From: Nitriliruptorales bacterium
Lineage (GTDB): Bacteria; Actinomycetota; Nitriliruptoria; Nitriliruptorales; JAHWKO01
DNA length: 34,431 bases
Direction: 5' to 3'
NCBI GenBank assembly: GCA_050700895.1
Contig: JBOHEE010000024.1
Location: forward strand, 1 to 34,431
The position numbers and the translations under genes are program-made. Positions 1 to 8,451 of the stretch are shown here, piece by piece. Numbering within the stretch: position 1 is the first letter of the stretch; each line of letters opens with the position of its first letter. Under the pieces are notes generated by a model. That model was not told the DNA's origin. It was given only the letters and a program-made list of their open reading frames with translations, and searched no databases.

Positions 1-1
1 G

Positions 2-856
2 TCGGGCTGCGGCAAGTCGACTACCGCGCGGGCGATCACGCGCCTGCTCGACCCCACCGACGGCCAGATCGTCTTCAAGGGCCATGACATCACGGCCATG
101 AGTCGGCGCCACCTGCGTCCGTTCCGCCGTGAGATGCAGATCATCTTCCAGGACCCCTACGCGTCGCTGAACCCCCGGATGACGGTCCGCGAGATCATCG
201 CCGAGCCCCTGCGCATCCACGGCCGCTACCGAGAGGGCGGCAGGGAGCGGGTCACCGAGCTCCTCGAGCTCGTCGGGCTGAGCAAGGAGCACGGAAACCG
301 CTTCCCGCACGAGTTCTCGGGCGGGCAGCGCCAGCGCATCGGGGTCGCGCGGGCGCTCGCGCTCAACCCCCAGCTCCTCGTCCTCGACGAGCCGGTGTCG
401 GCGCTCGACGTGTCGATCCAGGCGCAGGTCATCAACCTGCTCGAGGAGATCCAGGACGAGCTCGGCCTCGCCTACCTCTTCATCGCCCACGACCTGTCGG
501 TCGTGCGCCACATCTGCGATCGCGTCGCGGTGATGTACCTCGGCAAGATCGCCGAGATCGGGGAGCGGCGCCAGATCTACCGCGAGCCGATCCACCCCTA
601 CACCCAGGCGCTGCTGTCGGCGGTGCCGGTCCCGGACCCGAGCGTCCGCGGCAAGCGAGAGCGCATCGTGCTGCAGGGCGACGTACCCAACCCCTCGGCG
701 CCGCCGTCCGGCTGCAACTTCCGCACGCGGTGCTGGAAGGCGGAGGAGGTGTGCGCGGAGGAGGACCCGACGCTGATCGACCGGTTCGGCCACGGACACC
801 CCGGCGCCTGCCACTTCGCCGAGAAGCGCAACGTCCTCGCCGGCATCGAGGCCTGA
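2..856 (+). CDS. Oligopeptide/dipeptide-type ABC transporter ATP-binding protein (OppF/DppF-like), 5' end outside window
   Basis: The frame is open from the window edge. Motifs seen: Walker A SGCGKSTT at nt 2-25, ABC signature FSGGQRQR, Walker [13 protein letters not shown] and H-loop FIAHDL. The Cys-rich C-terminal extension (GCNFRTRC...GACHF) is typical of Opp/Dpp ATPases. Confidence 0.9.
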   Translation, partial: SGCGKSTTARAITRLLDPTDGQIVFKGHDITAMSRRHLRPFRREMQIIFQDPYASLNPRMTVREIIAEPLRIHGRYREGGRERVTELLELVGLSKEHGNRFPHEFSGGQRQRIGVARALALNPQLLVLDEPVSALDVSIQAQVINLLEEIQDELGLAYLFIAHDLSVVRHICDRVAVMYLGKIAEIGERRQIYREPIHPYTQALLSAVPVPDPSVRGKRERIVLQGDVPNPSAPPSGCNFRTRCWKAEEVCAEEDPTLIDRFGHGHPGACHFAEKRNVLAGIEA

Positions 857-905
857 CCCCGCCCGGCGCTAGGGTCGCCGCCCAGTCGAGCGGAGGGGTC
901 CCACG

Positions 906-1682
906 GTGGCGGACCGGGCGCCGATCATGGCCGGCAACTGGAAGATGCACAAGGACCACCTCGAGGCCATCCAGCTCGTCCAGAAGCTCGCCTACCACCT
1001 CGACGAGGGCGACTACGACGGCCAGGACGTCGTCGTCTGCCCGCCCTTCACCGCCCTGCGCGCCATCCAGAACGTCATCGCGTCCGACGACCTCGCCATC
1101 CAGCTCGGGGCGCAGGACTGCCACTGGGAGGAGGAGGGCGCCTACACCGGCGAGGTGTCGCCGCGGATGCTCGCCCGACTCGAGGTCCGCTACGTGATCT
1201 GCGGCCACTCCGAGCGCCGCCACCTGTTCGGCGAGGACGACGAGACCGTGAACCGCAAGGCGAGGGCGGTGATCAAGGCCGGCATGCTCCCGATCGTGTG
1301 CGTCGGGGAGACCGAGCAGCAGCGCGCTGCGGGGGAGGCGCGGGAGGTCGTCGTGGCGCAGCTCCGCGGCAGCCTGGCGGGGATCGGCAGCGACGCCGCG
1401 GACGGGATGGTGATCGCCTACGAGCCGGTCTGGGCGATCGGCACCGGACGGACCGCGACGCCGGACGACGCGCAGGAGATGTGCGCGGCGGCGCGGGAGA
1501 CCCTGTCCGAGCTGTACGACGACGACGTCGCGGCGCGGACCCGCATCCAGTACGGCGGCAGCGTCAAGCCGGGCAACGTGCGCGACCTCATGGGGGAGGC
1601 CGACATCGACGGGGCGCTCGTCGGCGGGGCGAGCCTCTCGGCGGACGACTTCGCCCTGATCGTCGGCCACCGACGTCCCTAG
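906..1682 (+). CDS. tpiA: Triosephosphate isomerase
   Basis: Motifs seen: AGNWKMH, ICGHSERR (catalytic His), AYEPVWAIGTG (catalytic Glu) and GGSVKP/GGASL phosphate loops. A GGAGGGG RBS lies about 8 nt upstream of GTG 906. Confidence 0.95.
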   Translation: MADRAPIMAGNWKMHKDHLEAIQLVQKLAYHLDEGDYDGQDVVVCPPFTALRAIQNVIASDDLAIQLGAQDCHWEEEGAYTGEVSPRMLARLEVRYVICGHSERRHLFGEDDETVNRKARAVIKAGMLPIVCVGETEQQRAAGEAREVVVAQLRGSLAGIGSDAADGMVIAYEPVWAIGTGRTATPDDAQEMCAAARETLSELYDDDVAARTRIQYGGSVKPGNVRDLMGEADIDGALVGGASLSADDFALIVGHRRP

Positions 1683-1752
1683 ACCGGTCCGCCGGACCAG
1701 CGGGCCGGTTACACTCCGGTGGGGCGCGGCCCTCGCGGAAGGTGGTGCGTGG

Positions 1753-2154
1753 ATGGCAAGAAGATCGGATCCCCTGGAGGATCTCCTCGGCCCGCTCGAG
1801 CAGGAGGTGATGGAGGTCGTCTGGGACCTGGACGACGCGACTGTGCGCGACGTGCACGACCGCTTGGCGGCGCGCCGGAAGATCGCCTACACGACCGTCA
1901 TGACCACCATGACGCGGCTCGCCACGAAGGGTTACCTGCGTCGGGACACCGACGCGCTCGCGCACCGCTACCGCCCGGCGGTCAGCCGCGCGGACTACGC
2001 GCGTTCGACGGTCGCCAACGTGATGGGCTGGCTCGTGGACCGCTACCCAGAGCCTGCGGTCTCCTACCTCTCCGAGGTCGTGGGCGATGTCGACGGGGAG
2101 ACACTCGCGCGGCTGCGTGACGCGGTCGCGCGACGGCGCAACGAGGAGCGTTGA
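1753..2154 (+). CDS. BlaI/MecI/CopY-family winged-helix transcriptional repressor
   Basis: The N-terminal pattern LGPLEQEVMEVVW....TVRDVHDRL......AYTTVMTTMTRLATKGYLRR is the penicillinase-repressor fold. The stop overlaps the start of the downstream M56 peptidase gene (TTGA at 2151-2154). Confidence 0.85.
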   Translation: MARRSDPLEDLLGPLEQEVMEVVWDLDDATVRDVHDRLAARRKIAYTTVMTTMTRLATKGYLRRDTDALAHRYRPAVSRADYARSTVANVMGWLVDRYPEPAVSYLSEVVGDVDGETLARLRDAVARRRNEER

Positions 2155-3512
2155 CGGCAATGCCGGACGTCTTCGGCGTCCTCTTCAGCCTGCCCACCGA
2201 GTCGGTGGCCGTGCGGGCGACCGTCGCGTCGCTCGCCGCTGTCGTCGCGGTCAGCCTGCTGCTGCGGTCCTTCCTGCGCGTGCCGCGCGTGCGCTCGCTC
2301 GCGGTCGTCGTGCCGGTCGCGGCCCTGCTCGGCGCCGTGGTCGTGTCGTGGAGCGAGCTCCTCCTCCCGACCCTCATGACGATGAGCGAGGCCGATGACG
2401 CGCTCGGTCCCTTCCTCTTCGGCGGCACGTACGTCAGCTTCGCCCCGGTCGCCTGGCCGCTCATCGGCCTCTGGGCGACGATCACGAGCCTGCGCGTCCT
2501 GCGCAGGCTCGTTTCAGTCCGGCGGCTGCAGCGTGTCGCGGCCGCCCCCTCCGCCGAGCGTGACCCACACCTCGAGCGGGTGACGCGGCTCGTCGCCGCC
2601 CGCCTCCACGTCCCCGCACCCCGCGTCGTCGTCGTGGAGGGCTGTCCCGGCGCCGCAGCGCTCGTCGGCATACGGCGGCCGACCGTCATCGTGGACTCCA
2701 CGATGCTCGCTGAGCTCGACGACGAAGAGCTCGAGGGACTCATCGCCCACGAGCTCGCCCACCTCCATCGTCGGGACAACCTGCTCGCGCTGGCCATCGG
2801 CGTCGTGCGGGACCTCTTCTTCTTCGTCCCGGGAGGCCGCTGGGTCTTCCGTCGTCTCTGCCAGGAGCGCGAACTCGCCGCCGACCAGCTGGCGATCACG
2901 GCAACCCGGCGACCGGGCGCCCTGGCGAGCGGGCTCGTCAAGGCGATCGACGCGCACGAGCCCACCGTCCTCTGCGCCGGGTTCGCCGCCCCCGCTTCCG
3001 TGGTCGTCCGGGTCGAGCGGCTCGTGACCGACGGCCCGCGGCTGACCGCGATGCGCACCGTCGCCGAGAGCGCCCTGGTCGCGCTCGCGCTGACCGGGGC
3101 CGTCCTCGCCGCGGTGCGGCTCCCCGCGACGGCCACGACCTTCGCGACGTCGGAGGGCCTCGGCCGCGACGCCCTCGCCGTCCTCATGACCTGGAGCGCG
3201 GCCCCGGCCGCCGAGGCCCTCGAGGTCGACGCCACCGTCTTCGACGTCTGGCGGCGCAGCGAGGCGTACACGCCCGACCGCCCCGCACACGCGCTCGAGA
3301 CCCTCCAGGACGGCCAGGAGTTCCATCCGGCCTTCCTCCGCGGCGAGAAGGTCATGGCCGCCGTTCCGCGCGTCTCCACCGTCCACTCCTCGCCAGAGGT
3401 CCGGGTCCAGCGCAACGAGGACCTCGTGAAGCGCTGGCGGGCGACCCCGGTCGTCGCGGCGGAGGACGGTGTCGGCGTCTACTGGCTCCATCAACTCGAA
3501 CGGCCGCACTGA
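2151..3512 (+). CDS. BlaR1/M56-family membrane zinc metallopeptidase (signal transducer) without recognisable penicillin-binding sensor domain
   Basis: Several N-terminal TM segments are followed by the HELAHLHRRD zinc motif and a downstream ERELAADQLA (E...D) element, as in M48/M56 peptidases. No SxxK motif is visible in the C-terminal ~160 aa. The start may be TTG 2151 or ATG 2160. Confidence 0.8.
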   Translation: MTAMPDVFGVLFSLPTESVAVRATVASLAAVVAVSLLLRSFLRVPRVRSLAVVVPVAALLGAVVVSWSELLLPTLMTMSEADDALGPFLFGGTYVSFAPVAWPLIGLWATITSLRVLRRLVSVRRLQRVAAAPSAERDPHLERVTRLVAARLHVPAPRVVVVEGCPGAAALVGIRRPTVIVDSTMLAELDDEELEGLIAHELAHLHRRDNLLALAIGVVRDLFFFVPGGRWVFRRLCQERELAADQLAITATRRPGALASGLVKAIDAHEPTVLCAGFAAPASVVVRVERLVTDGPRLTAMRTVAESALVALALTGAVLAAVRLPATATTFATSEGLGRDALAVLMTWSAAPAAEALEVDATVFDVWRRSEAYTPDRPAHALETLQDGQEFHPAFLRGEKVMAAVPRVSTVHSSPEVRVQRNEDLVKRWRATPVVAAEDGVGVYWLHQLERPH

Positions 3513-3558
3513 GGTACCCTCACCGGACACGTCTCCCGCGTCCCGGAGCAGCCCGCCT

Positions 3559-3789
3559 GTGGTCCTGAACGTGATCCTCATCGCCCTCCACGTGCTCTTC
3601 TCGATGGTGATGGTCGGGTTCATCCTCATGCACCGGGGGACCGGGGGTGGGCTGTCGGACATGTTCGGCGGCGGGGCGTCCGGGCTGCACGGATCGGCGA
3701 TCGTGGAGAAGAACCTCGATCGCCTCACCGTCTTCACGGCGCTCGGCTTCACCGTGACGACGATCGCCCTCGGACTTCGCTTCTCCTGA
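3559..3789 (+). CDS. secG: Preprotein translocase subunit SecG
   Basis: Two TM helices flank the Gly-rich loop HRGTGGGLSDMFGGGASG typical of SecG. The ORF track starts at 3469, overlapping the BlaR1-like gene. GTG 3559 (or 3571) gives the usual ~75 aa protein. Confidence 0.85.
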   Translation: MVLNVILIALHVLFSMVMVGFILMHRGTGGGLSDMFGGGASGLHGSAIVEKNLDRLTVFTALGFTVTTIALGLRFS

Positions 3790-3890
3790 CGGAGACGCCA
3801 CTGAGCACGCGGCGACCGCACCCGGGACCCCTGCGACGCCACCTGCCGCTGCTCGCCGTCCTCGCGCTCGTCGCAAGCGCATGCTCGTTC

Positions 3891-5474
3891 GTGGCACCGG
3901 ACGACCCCGCGGACGCCGCCGGCGGCAGCGACGCCGATCCGCCTCCGGTGACGCTCCCCGACCCCGACACCCGTGGGGGAGTTCTCTACGCCTACCTGGA
4001 GGAGCCTGCGAGCATCGATCCCGCCGGTGCGAGCAGCCCCGACGAGTTCGCGCTCGTCGACCACGTCTTCGACTCGCTCACGCGGGTCGGCGCCTCGGGC
4101 GAGGTCCTGCCGGCTGCGGCCGAGAGCTGGGAGCCGAGCGCTGACCTCACCTCGTTCAAGTTCCGCCTGCGCGCGGACGGGACGTTCCACGACGGTTCGG
4201 CGGTCGAGGCCCAGGACTTCGTTCGCGCCTGGCGGCGGCTGGTCGAAGGAGCCGACGGGGCCGTGTCACCGTCGGCCTACCTGCTCGACGTCGTGGAGGG
4301 AAGGCAGCGGTCACGCGGAGGAGGCATCCTCAGCGGGGTCGTCGCCGAGGACGACCGCACGCTGCGCGTCGACCTCGCGATGCCCTTCGCGGAGTTCCCC
4401 GTCGTCGCGGCACACCCGGCCCTCGGGCCGGTCCCCCCGTCGGTGAACTTCCCGAGCTGGCGCGAGCGGCCGGTCGGCAACGGGCCCTTCGCGATGGCCG
4501 AGCCCTGGCAGCACGGTCGGTTCATCCGCCTCGAGGCGGTCGCCGAGGGCAAGGACGAGCCGACGCTCGAGCAGATCGTCTACCGCATCTACGAGGGGGA
4601 GGATGCAGAAGCGGCCGGGTACGACGACTTCACGCGCGGGAACCTCGACGTCGCACCCGTGCCGGAGGACATCCTGCCGCTTCTCGAGCGCGACGGCTCG
4701 GACGCCTACGCCGGGCCGGGCGTGATCGACGGGCCGCGTGCGGTGATCGCCGTGTACGCGTTCAACACCGAGCTCCCCCCCTTCGACGATCCGCGGGTCC
4801 GGCAGGCCATCTCGCTCCTGATCGACGCCCGGTCGTTCCCCGACCTGCCTCCTGAGGGAACCCGCGTCGCCGCGCGCTCGGTGGTCCCGCCCGGCTTCGG
4901 CGGCTACGAACCTCCGTTCTGCGACTTCTGCCGCCGCGACCCGACACGCGCCGAGGCGCTCCTCGCGGAGCTGGAGGAGCCGCTCGAGCCGATCGAGCTC
5001 GCGTTCTACGACCACCCCGACCACCGCCCCGTCGCGGAGCAGGCCCAGCAGTCGGTGAACGAGGTGCTCGGTCCGGATGCGCTCCAGCTGCGACCGCTCT
5101 CACGGTCGGTCTGGATGGCCGCCCTGCGCGAGGGCGAGCTCGGCTTCTTCCTCTCCGGATGGGTCGGGGAGTACCCGAGCCCCGACGCGTTCCTGTACCC
5201 GCTGCTCCACCCGTCCTTCATCGGGCAGGGCAACCCCAGCCGCTACGCGTCCGAGGACGTGACCCTGCTCCTCGACGAGGCGCGGGCGACCGCCGACGAC
5301 CTGGCGCGCGAGCGCCTCTACCGCCAGGCGGAGGCCCGTGCGCTCGCCGACGCGGTCATCGTGCCCCTCTTCTTCTACCGGCACGCGGTCGTGGTCGCGG
5401 AGCGCGTGCAGGGCTATCGCATCGGCCCGACCGGCCTCGTGGACCTCACCCAGGTCTCACTCGTCGAGCCGTGA
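3891..5474 (+). CDS. ABC transporter substrate-binding protein, family 5 (peptide/nickel type); true start probably upstream near 3786-3801
   Basis: SBP_bac_5-like sequence runs throughout (LTRVGASGEVLPAAAESWEPSADLTSFKFRLRADGTFHDGSAVEAQDF..., C-terminal GWVGEYPSPDAFLYPL). In-frame upstream codons encode a lipoprotein signal (RRHLPLLAVLALVASAC) but contain no ATG/GTG/TTG. Confidence 0.85.
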   Translation: MAPDDPADAAGGSDADPPPVTLPDPDTRGGVLYAYLEEPASIDPAGASSPDEFALVDHVFDSLTRVGASGEVLPAAAESWEPSADLTSFKFRLRADGTFHDGSAVEAQDFVRAWRRLVEGADGAVSPSAYLLDVVEGRQRSRGGGILSGVVAEDDRTLRVDLAMPFAEFPVVAAHPALGPVPPSVNFPSWRERPVGNGPFAMAEPWQHGRFIRLEAVAEGKDEPTLEQIVYRIYEGEDAEAAGYDDFTRGNLDVAPVPEDILPLLERDGSDAYAGPGVIDGPRAVIAVYAFNTELPPFDDPRVRQAISLLIDARSFPDLPPEGTRVAARSVVPPGFGGYEPPFCDFCRRDPTRAEALLAELEEPLEPIELAFYDHPDHRPVAEQAQQSVNEVLGPDALQLRPLSRSVWMAALREGELGFFLSGWVGEYPSPDAFLYPLLHPSFIGQGNPSRYASEDVTLLLDEARATADDLARERLYRQAEARALADAVIVPLFFYRHAVVVAERVQGYRIGPTGLVDLTQVSLVEP

Positions 5475-6940
5475 TCCCGCCGAGGATCGCCGTGGGGCCG
5501 CTCCTGTCGGCCGCGGTGGTGCTCGTCCTGGTGACGCCGCCTCCCCGCGCCCTGCCCGCTGAGCAGGAAGCGGGGACGCCGCTCGCACAGACGGGGGACG
5601 GTCCCGAGACGGTGCGCATCGCGTATCCGGACGAGCCGGACTCGTGGTTCCCGCACGACGCCGGGGAGGCGGCCGGGATGGACCTCTCGGCGCTCTGGGG
5701 GCTGCCGCTGTACCGGATCGACGCGCACGGTCAGCTGCGGCCGGCCCTCGCGGAGCGGGCGGACATCGTGCCGGGGGAGTCCGACGAGGCCTGGACCGTC
5801 CAGGTGACCCTGCGCGCCGGGTCGTGGAGCGACGGGACCCCGGTAACCGCCGCCGACGTCGTCGCGACCCTGGACGCCATGCGGGCGGCCGGGCTCGACG
5901 TCGGACCGCTCACGACCGCCGTGGCGGCCGACCCTCGGACGGTGGCGCTGCGGTTCGCGCGCCCGTACGCCCGCTGGCCCTACCTCCTGGCCGGCGGCAG
6001 CTCTGTGCTCCCTGCACACGTCATCGAGGGGGCCGGCCTGGGGGCGTATCGCGAGGCGGTCCCCGTGAGCGGCGGGCCATACCGGCTCGAGTCGTGGGAG
6101 CCGGGGCTGCGGGCGACTTTCGTCGCGGCGGACGGGAGCCCGCAGGGGACGCCGCTCATCCCGACGATCGAGGTGTGGTTCGTCCATGGGTTCGAGACCG
6201 CGCTCGGACTTCTCGCCGCGGGTCGCATCGACGTCGTCACGGGGTACCTGGCAGTCGACCCGGGCCCGCGCGTGGCGGAGGTCGACGACGTCGAGGTCGC
6301 CGCTCCGCTCGGCGGGACCTGGGGGCTGCTCGCCTGGGCGGATCTACCCGAGGACGTCCGCCGCGCGGCAAGCGACGCGGTCGACGTGGAAGCTCTCGTC
6401 GAGGCCCTGTTCGACGGGATCGCCGAGCCGGCGACCTCGACCGTCCCGGGAGTGGACGGGCCCTGGGACCCCGCCGGGGGAGTCCCCGGAGTCGCGCTGC
6501 GCACGGTCGAGCTCACCCTCGCGGTACCCCGTGGTCAGGAGGCGACCGCGGTGCTCGGACGCGCGCTCGACCGTCAGCTGCGGTCCGCAGGTGGACGGGT
6601 CACCCTCGTCACGGCGGAGGACGTGGACGACGTGGACGACGCCGAGGCGCGCCTCGTCGTCCGTCGCGACGTCCCATGGCCGTCCCTCGTGGGGCGCGGC
6701 ACCGACGACGCCGTGGGGCTCGCGGCGCGGCTCGAGGCTGCGGACGCGGCCCCGACACCGACGGCGGGCGCCGTACTCGCCGCCCAGCTCGCGCTCTACC
6801 GGGCGGCGGCAGAGGCGCCCCTCCTGCGCATCGGGGTGACGACCGTGTGGCGACAAGGTCTCGACGGGGTCGCACCGTCGTCGTGGCCTGGGGTCGCCCT
6901 CTGGAACGCGCCGACCTGGCATTGGGAACCGGCGGACTGA
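5471..6940 (+). CDS. Second family-5-like ABC substrate-binding protein (divergent)
   Basis: GTG 5471 overlaps the upstream stop (GTGA). A hydrophobic signal (IAVGPLLSAAVVLVLV) is followed by VRIAYPDEPDSWFP...LYRIDAHGQLRPALAE...WSDGTPVTAADVVATL, which resembles SBP_bac_5. The ORF-track start at 5159 lies inside the previous gene in another frame. Confidence 0.7.
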   Translation: MIPPRIAVGPLLSAAVVLVLVTPPPRALPAEQEAGTPLAQTGDGPETVRIAYPDEPDSWFPHDAGEAAGMDLSALWGLPLYRIDAHGQLRPALAERADIVPGESDEAWTVQVTLRAGSWSDGTPVTAADVVATLDAMRAAGLDVGPLTTAVAADPRTVALRFARPYARWPYLLAGGSSVLPAHVIEGAGLGAYREAVPVSGGPYRLESWEPGLRATFVAADGSPQGTPLIPTIEVWFVHGFETALGLLAAGRIDVVTGYLAVDPGPRVAEVDDVEVAAPLGGTWGLLAWADLPEDVRRAASDAVDVEALVEALFDGIAEPATSTVPGVDGPWDPAGGVPGVALRTVELTLAVPRGQEATAVLGRALDRQLRSAGGRVTLVTAEDVDDVDDAEARLVVRRDVPWPSLVGRGTDDAVGLAARLEAADAAPTPTAGAVLAAQLALYRAAAEAPLLRIGVTTVWRQGLDGVAPSSWPGVALWNAPTWHWEPAD

Positions 6941-6986
6941 GCCGGGTCGTGGTGCGTGCCTACGGCGCCCCGGGTACGCTACGGGT

Positions 6987-7010
6987 CCCGCCGCGTCCGG
7001 CGGGGTCTTT
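6987..7010 (+). terminator. Candidate intrinsic terminator (CCCGCCG-cgtc-CGGCGGG followed by GTCTTT)
   Basis: A 7-bp GC stem, 4-nt loop and short T-tract lie 47 nt after the SBP stop and end 1 nt before the tRNA. Confidence 0.45.
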
Positions 7011-7098
7011 GCGAGAGTGGCGGAATCAGGCAGACGCGCACGGTTGAGGGCCGTGTCCCCGCAAGGGGGTGGGGGTTCAAGTCCCCCCTCTCGCACCA
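7011..7098 (+). tRNA. tRNA-Leu (anticodon GAG), CCA encoded
   Basis: Manual cloverleaf: acceptor GCGAGAG/CTCTCGC, D stem GCG/CGC, anticodon stem CACGG/CCGTG with loop TTGAGGG. The long variable arm is CCCC-GCAA-GGGG and the T arm is GGGGG-TTCAAGT-CCCCC, followed by discriminator A and CCA. Confidence 0.95.
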
Positions 7099-7150
7099 CC
7101 TCTGACCTGCGGAAACGCCGAGAGCGATCCGCAGGCCACTTCTTGAACCC

Positions 7151-7270
7151 AAGCAGTTCACCTCGATCCGCTACGGCGAACGGCTCGCCGAGCTCGGCGC
7201 TGTACCGTCGATCGGATCGGTCGGGGACAGCTGCGACAACGCTCTGGCCGAGGCGACAAACAGCCTCTAG
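7151..7270 (+). pseudogene. IS3-family transposase remnant (about 39 codons of the DDE integrase core)
   Basis: Translation KQFTSIRYGERLAELGAVPSIGSVGDSCDNALAEATNSL* matches the conserved IS3 OrfB segment (..QFTS..Y...L...GI..S.G..GD.YDNA..E). It has no N-terminus and stops prematurely. Confidence 0.7.
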
Positions 7271-7295
7271 AGCCCCACCACGTCGACCAGCTTCT

Positions 7296-7451
7296 CTCAG
7301 CGATCGCAGTGTTGGCCAACCCCTCAGCAGCCAGCAGCAGCGCACGGGCCCGCACCACCTCACGATGCGTCGCCGTGGTGGACTCGGCCAGAGCCTGCAG
7401 GATCTCCTGCTGGCTCTCGGACACGGGCAGAGGCGGGGTGGGAGGTCGCAT
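7296..7451 (-). pseudogene. IS630-like transposase N-terminal HTH remnant
   Basis: MRPPTPPLPVSESQQEILQALAESTTATHREVVRARALLLAAEGLANTAIAE resembles the N-terminal helix-turn-helix of IS630-family transposases (..L.LS..E...L......S.....ALRARIVLLAAEG.SN..IA). The rest of the reading frame runs antisense over the IS3 remnant and carries no DDE domain. Confidence 0.55.
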
Positions 7452-7587
7452 ACCGCACCCTACCCACAATCTCTTGCTATTTACGAGACACCACACTGGA
7501 GGGCACGCCCTCCGACAAGGACCGTGAGTGCCGCGGCGTAGACCTTGTCTTGTGGCAGGCCGACAAGCAGGATCTGACCGGCAACGG

Positions 7588-8451
7588 TCAGGTGGCCGCG
7601 CCACCGCCCGGCCGGTCCCTGCTCGGCTGCCACCTCAGCAGGTAGCTCTCGGCCTTGTCGAGCAGCAGGTTGGCGACCATGACGATGAACATGACCACGG
7701 CGATGCCCGCCAGGGTCCCGGTGGTGCTGAACAGCTGGGTGCTCTGCATGATCCGGAACCCGAGCCCGGCCGTCGAGGCGATGAACTCCCCGACGATCGC
7801 GGCGACGAGCGCGTAGGGAATCGCGATGCGCAGGCCCGCGATGATCCACGGCGAGGAGGCGGGCAGCACGACCTTGCGCATGATCGTCGGCCGGCTCGCG
7901 TTCAGCATCCGCGCGACGTTGACGAGGTTGCCGTCGACCTGGCGTACCCCTGTGAAGGTGTTGAAGAAGGTGAGGAAGAAGGTCATGAGGGCGGCGAGCA
8001 TGATCTTCGAGGTAACACCGATCCCGAACCACACGATGAACAGCGGCGCGAGGGCGATCCGGGGGATCCCGTAGACCGCGAGGATGTAGGGGTTGAGGAC
8101 TCGGGCCAGCATGTCCAGCTCGGCGATCACGAACCCGAGGACGACGCCGATAGCAGCACCGAAGAGGTAACCGAGGAAGGCGGACCGGAGGGTGATGCTG
8201 ACGTCGGTGAACAGCTGGCCCGAGGCCGCGGATTCCCACAGTCGCGCCGCGATCGCGCTGGGCTTGGGGAACCAGAAGGAGTCGTACAGGCGGCCGCTCG
8301 TGAGCTCCCAGATGACCACGACCGCGACCCCGAATCCGATTCGCAGCAGCCACACCGTGGCCCGCTCCGATCCGAGCAGGCCGGTACGTCGCTGCCGGCG
8401 GCGTCCCGTCCGCCCCTCGACCGTCTCCGTGGTGTCCGTCATCTCAGCCAT
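7588..8451 (-). CDS. ABC transporter permease, NitT/TauT (nitrate/sulfonate/bicarbonate) family
   Basis: About six TM segments and the BPD_transp_1 EAA-like loop (ARMLNASRPTIMRKVVLPASSPWIIAGLRIA). The start overlaps the stop of the ATPase gene (8444-8451). Confidence 0.9.
   Translation of the reverse strand: MAEMTDTTETVEGRTGRRRQRRTGLLGSERATVWLLRIGFGVAVVVIWELTSGRLYDSFWFPKPSAIAARLWESAASGQLFTDVSITLRSAFLGYLFGAAIGVVLGFVIAELDMLARVLNPYILAVYGIPRIALAPLFIVWFGIGVTSKIMLAALMTFFLTFFNTFTGVRQVDGNLVNVARMLNASRPTIMRKVVLPASSPWIIAGLRIAIPYALVAAIVGEFIASTAGLGFRIMQSTQLFSTTGTLAGIAVVMFIVMVANLLLDKAESYLLRWQPSRDRPGGGAAT

Noticed and set aside
1683-1752. Possible BlaI operator or tpiA terminator (GGTCC-GCC-GGACC and CCGG-TTACACT-CCGG) upstream of the BlaI-like gene
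   Set aside because: The stems are only 4-5 bp built from self-complementary CCGG/GGTCC motifs that are common at this GC content. There is no clear TACA/TGTA-type dyad, so the evidence is too weak to call.
5159-5470. Upstream extension of the second SBP gene, and the 3469 start for secG
   Set aside because: Both extensions lie inside the preceding, well-supported genes in a different frame and translate to Arg/Pro-rich sequence. GTG 5471 (GTGA overlap) and GTG 3559 give proper signal and TM N-termini.
7070-7098. Search for a direct repeat of the tRNA-Leu 3' half elsewhere in the window (att site marking an island end)
   Set aside because: I found no convincing second copy by eye. The only resemblance (TCTCTCGCA near 29216-29224) is a 9-mer inside hairpin element copy 3 and is probably chance. 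The far island boundary therefore remains undefined.
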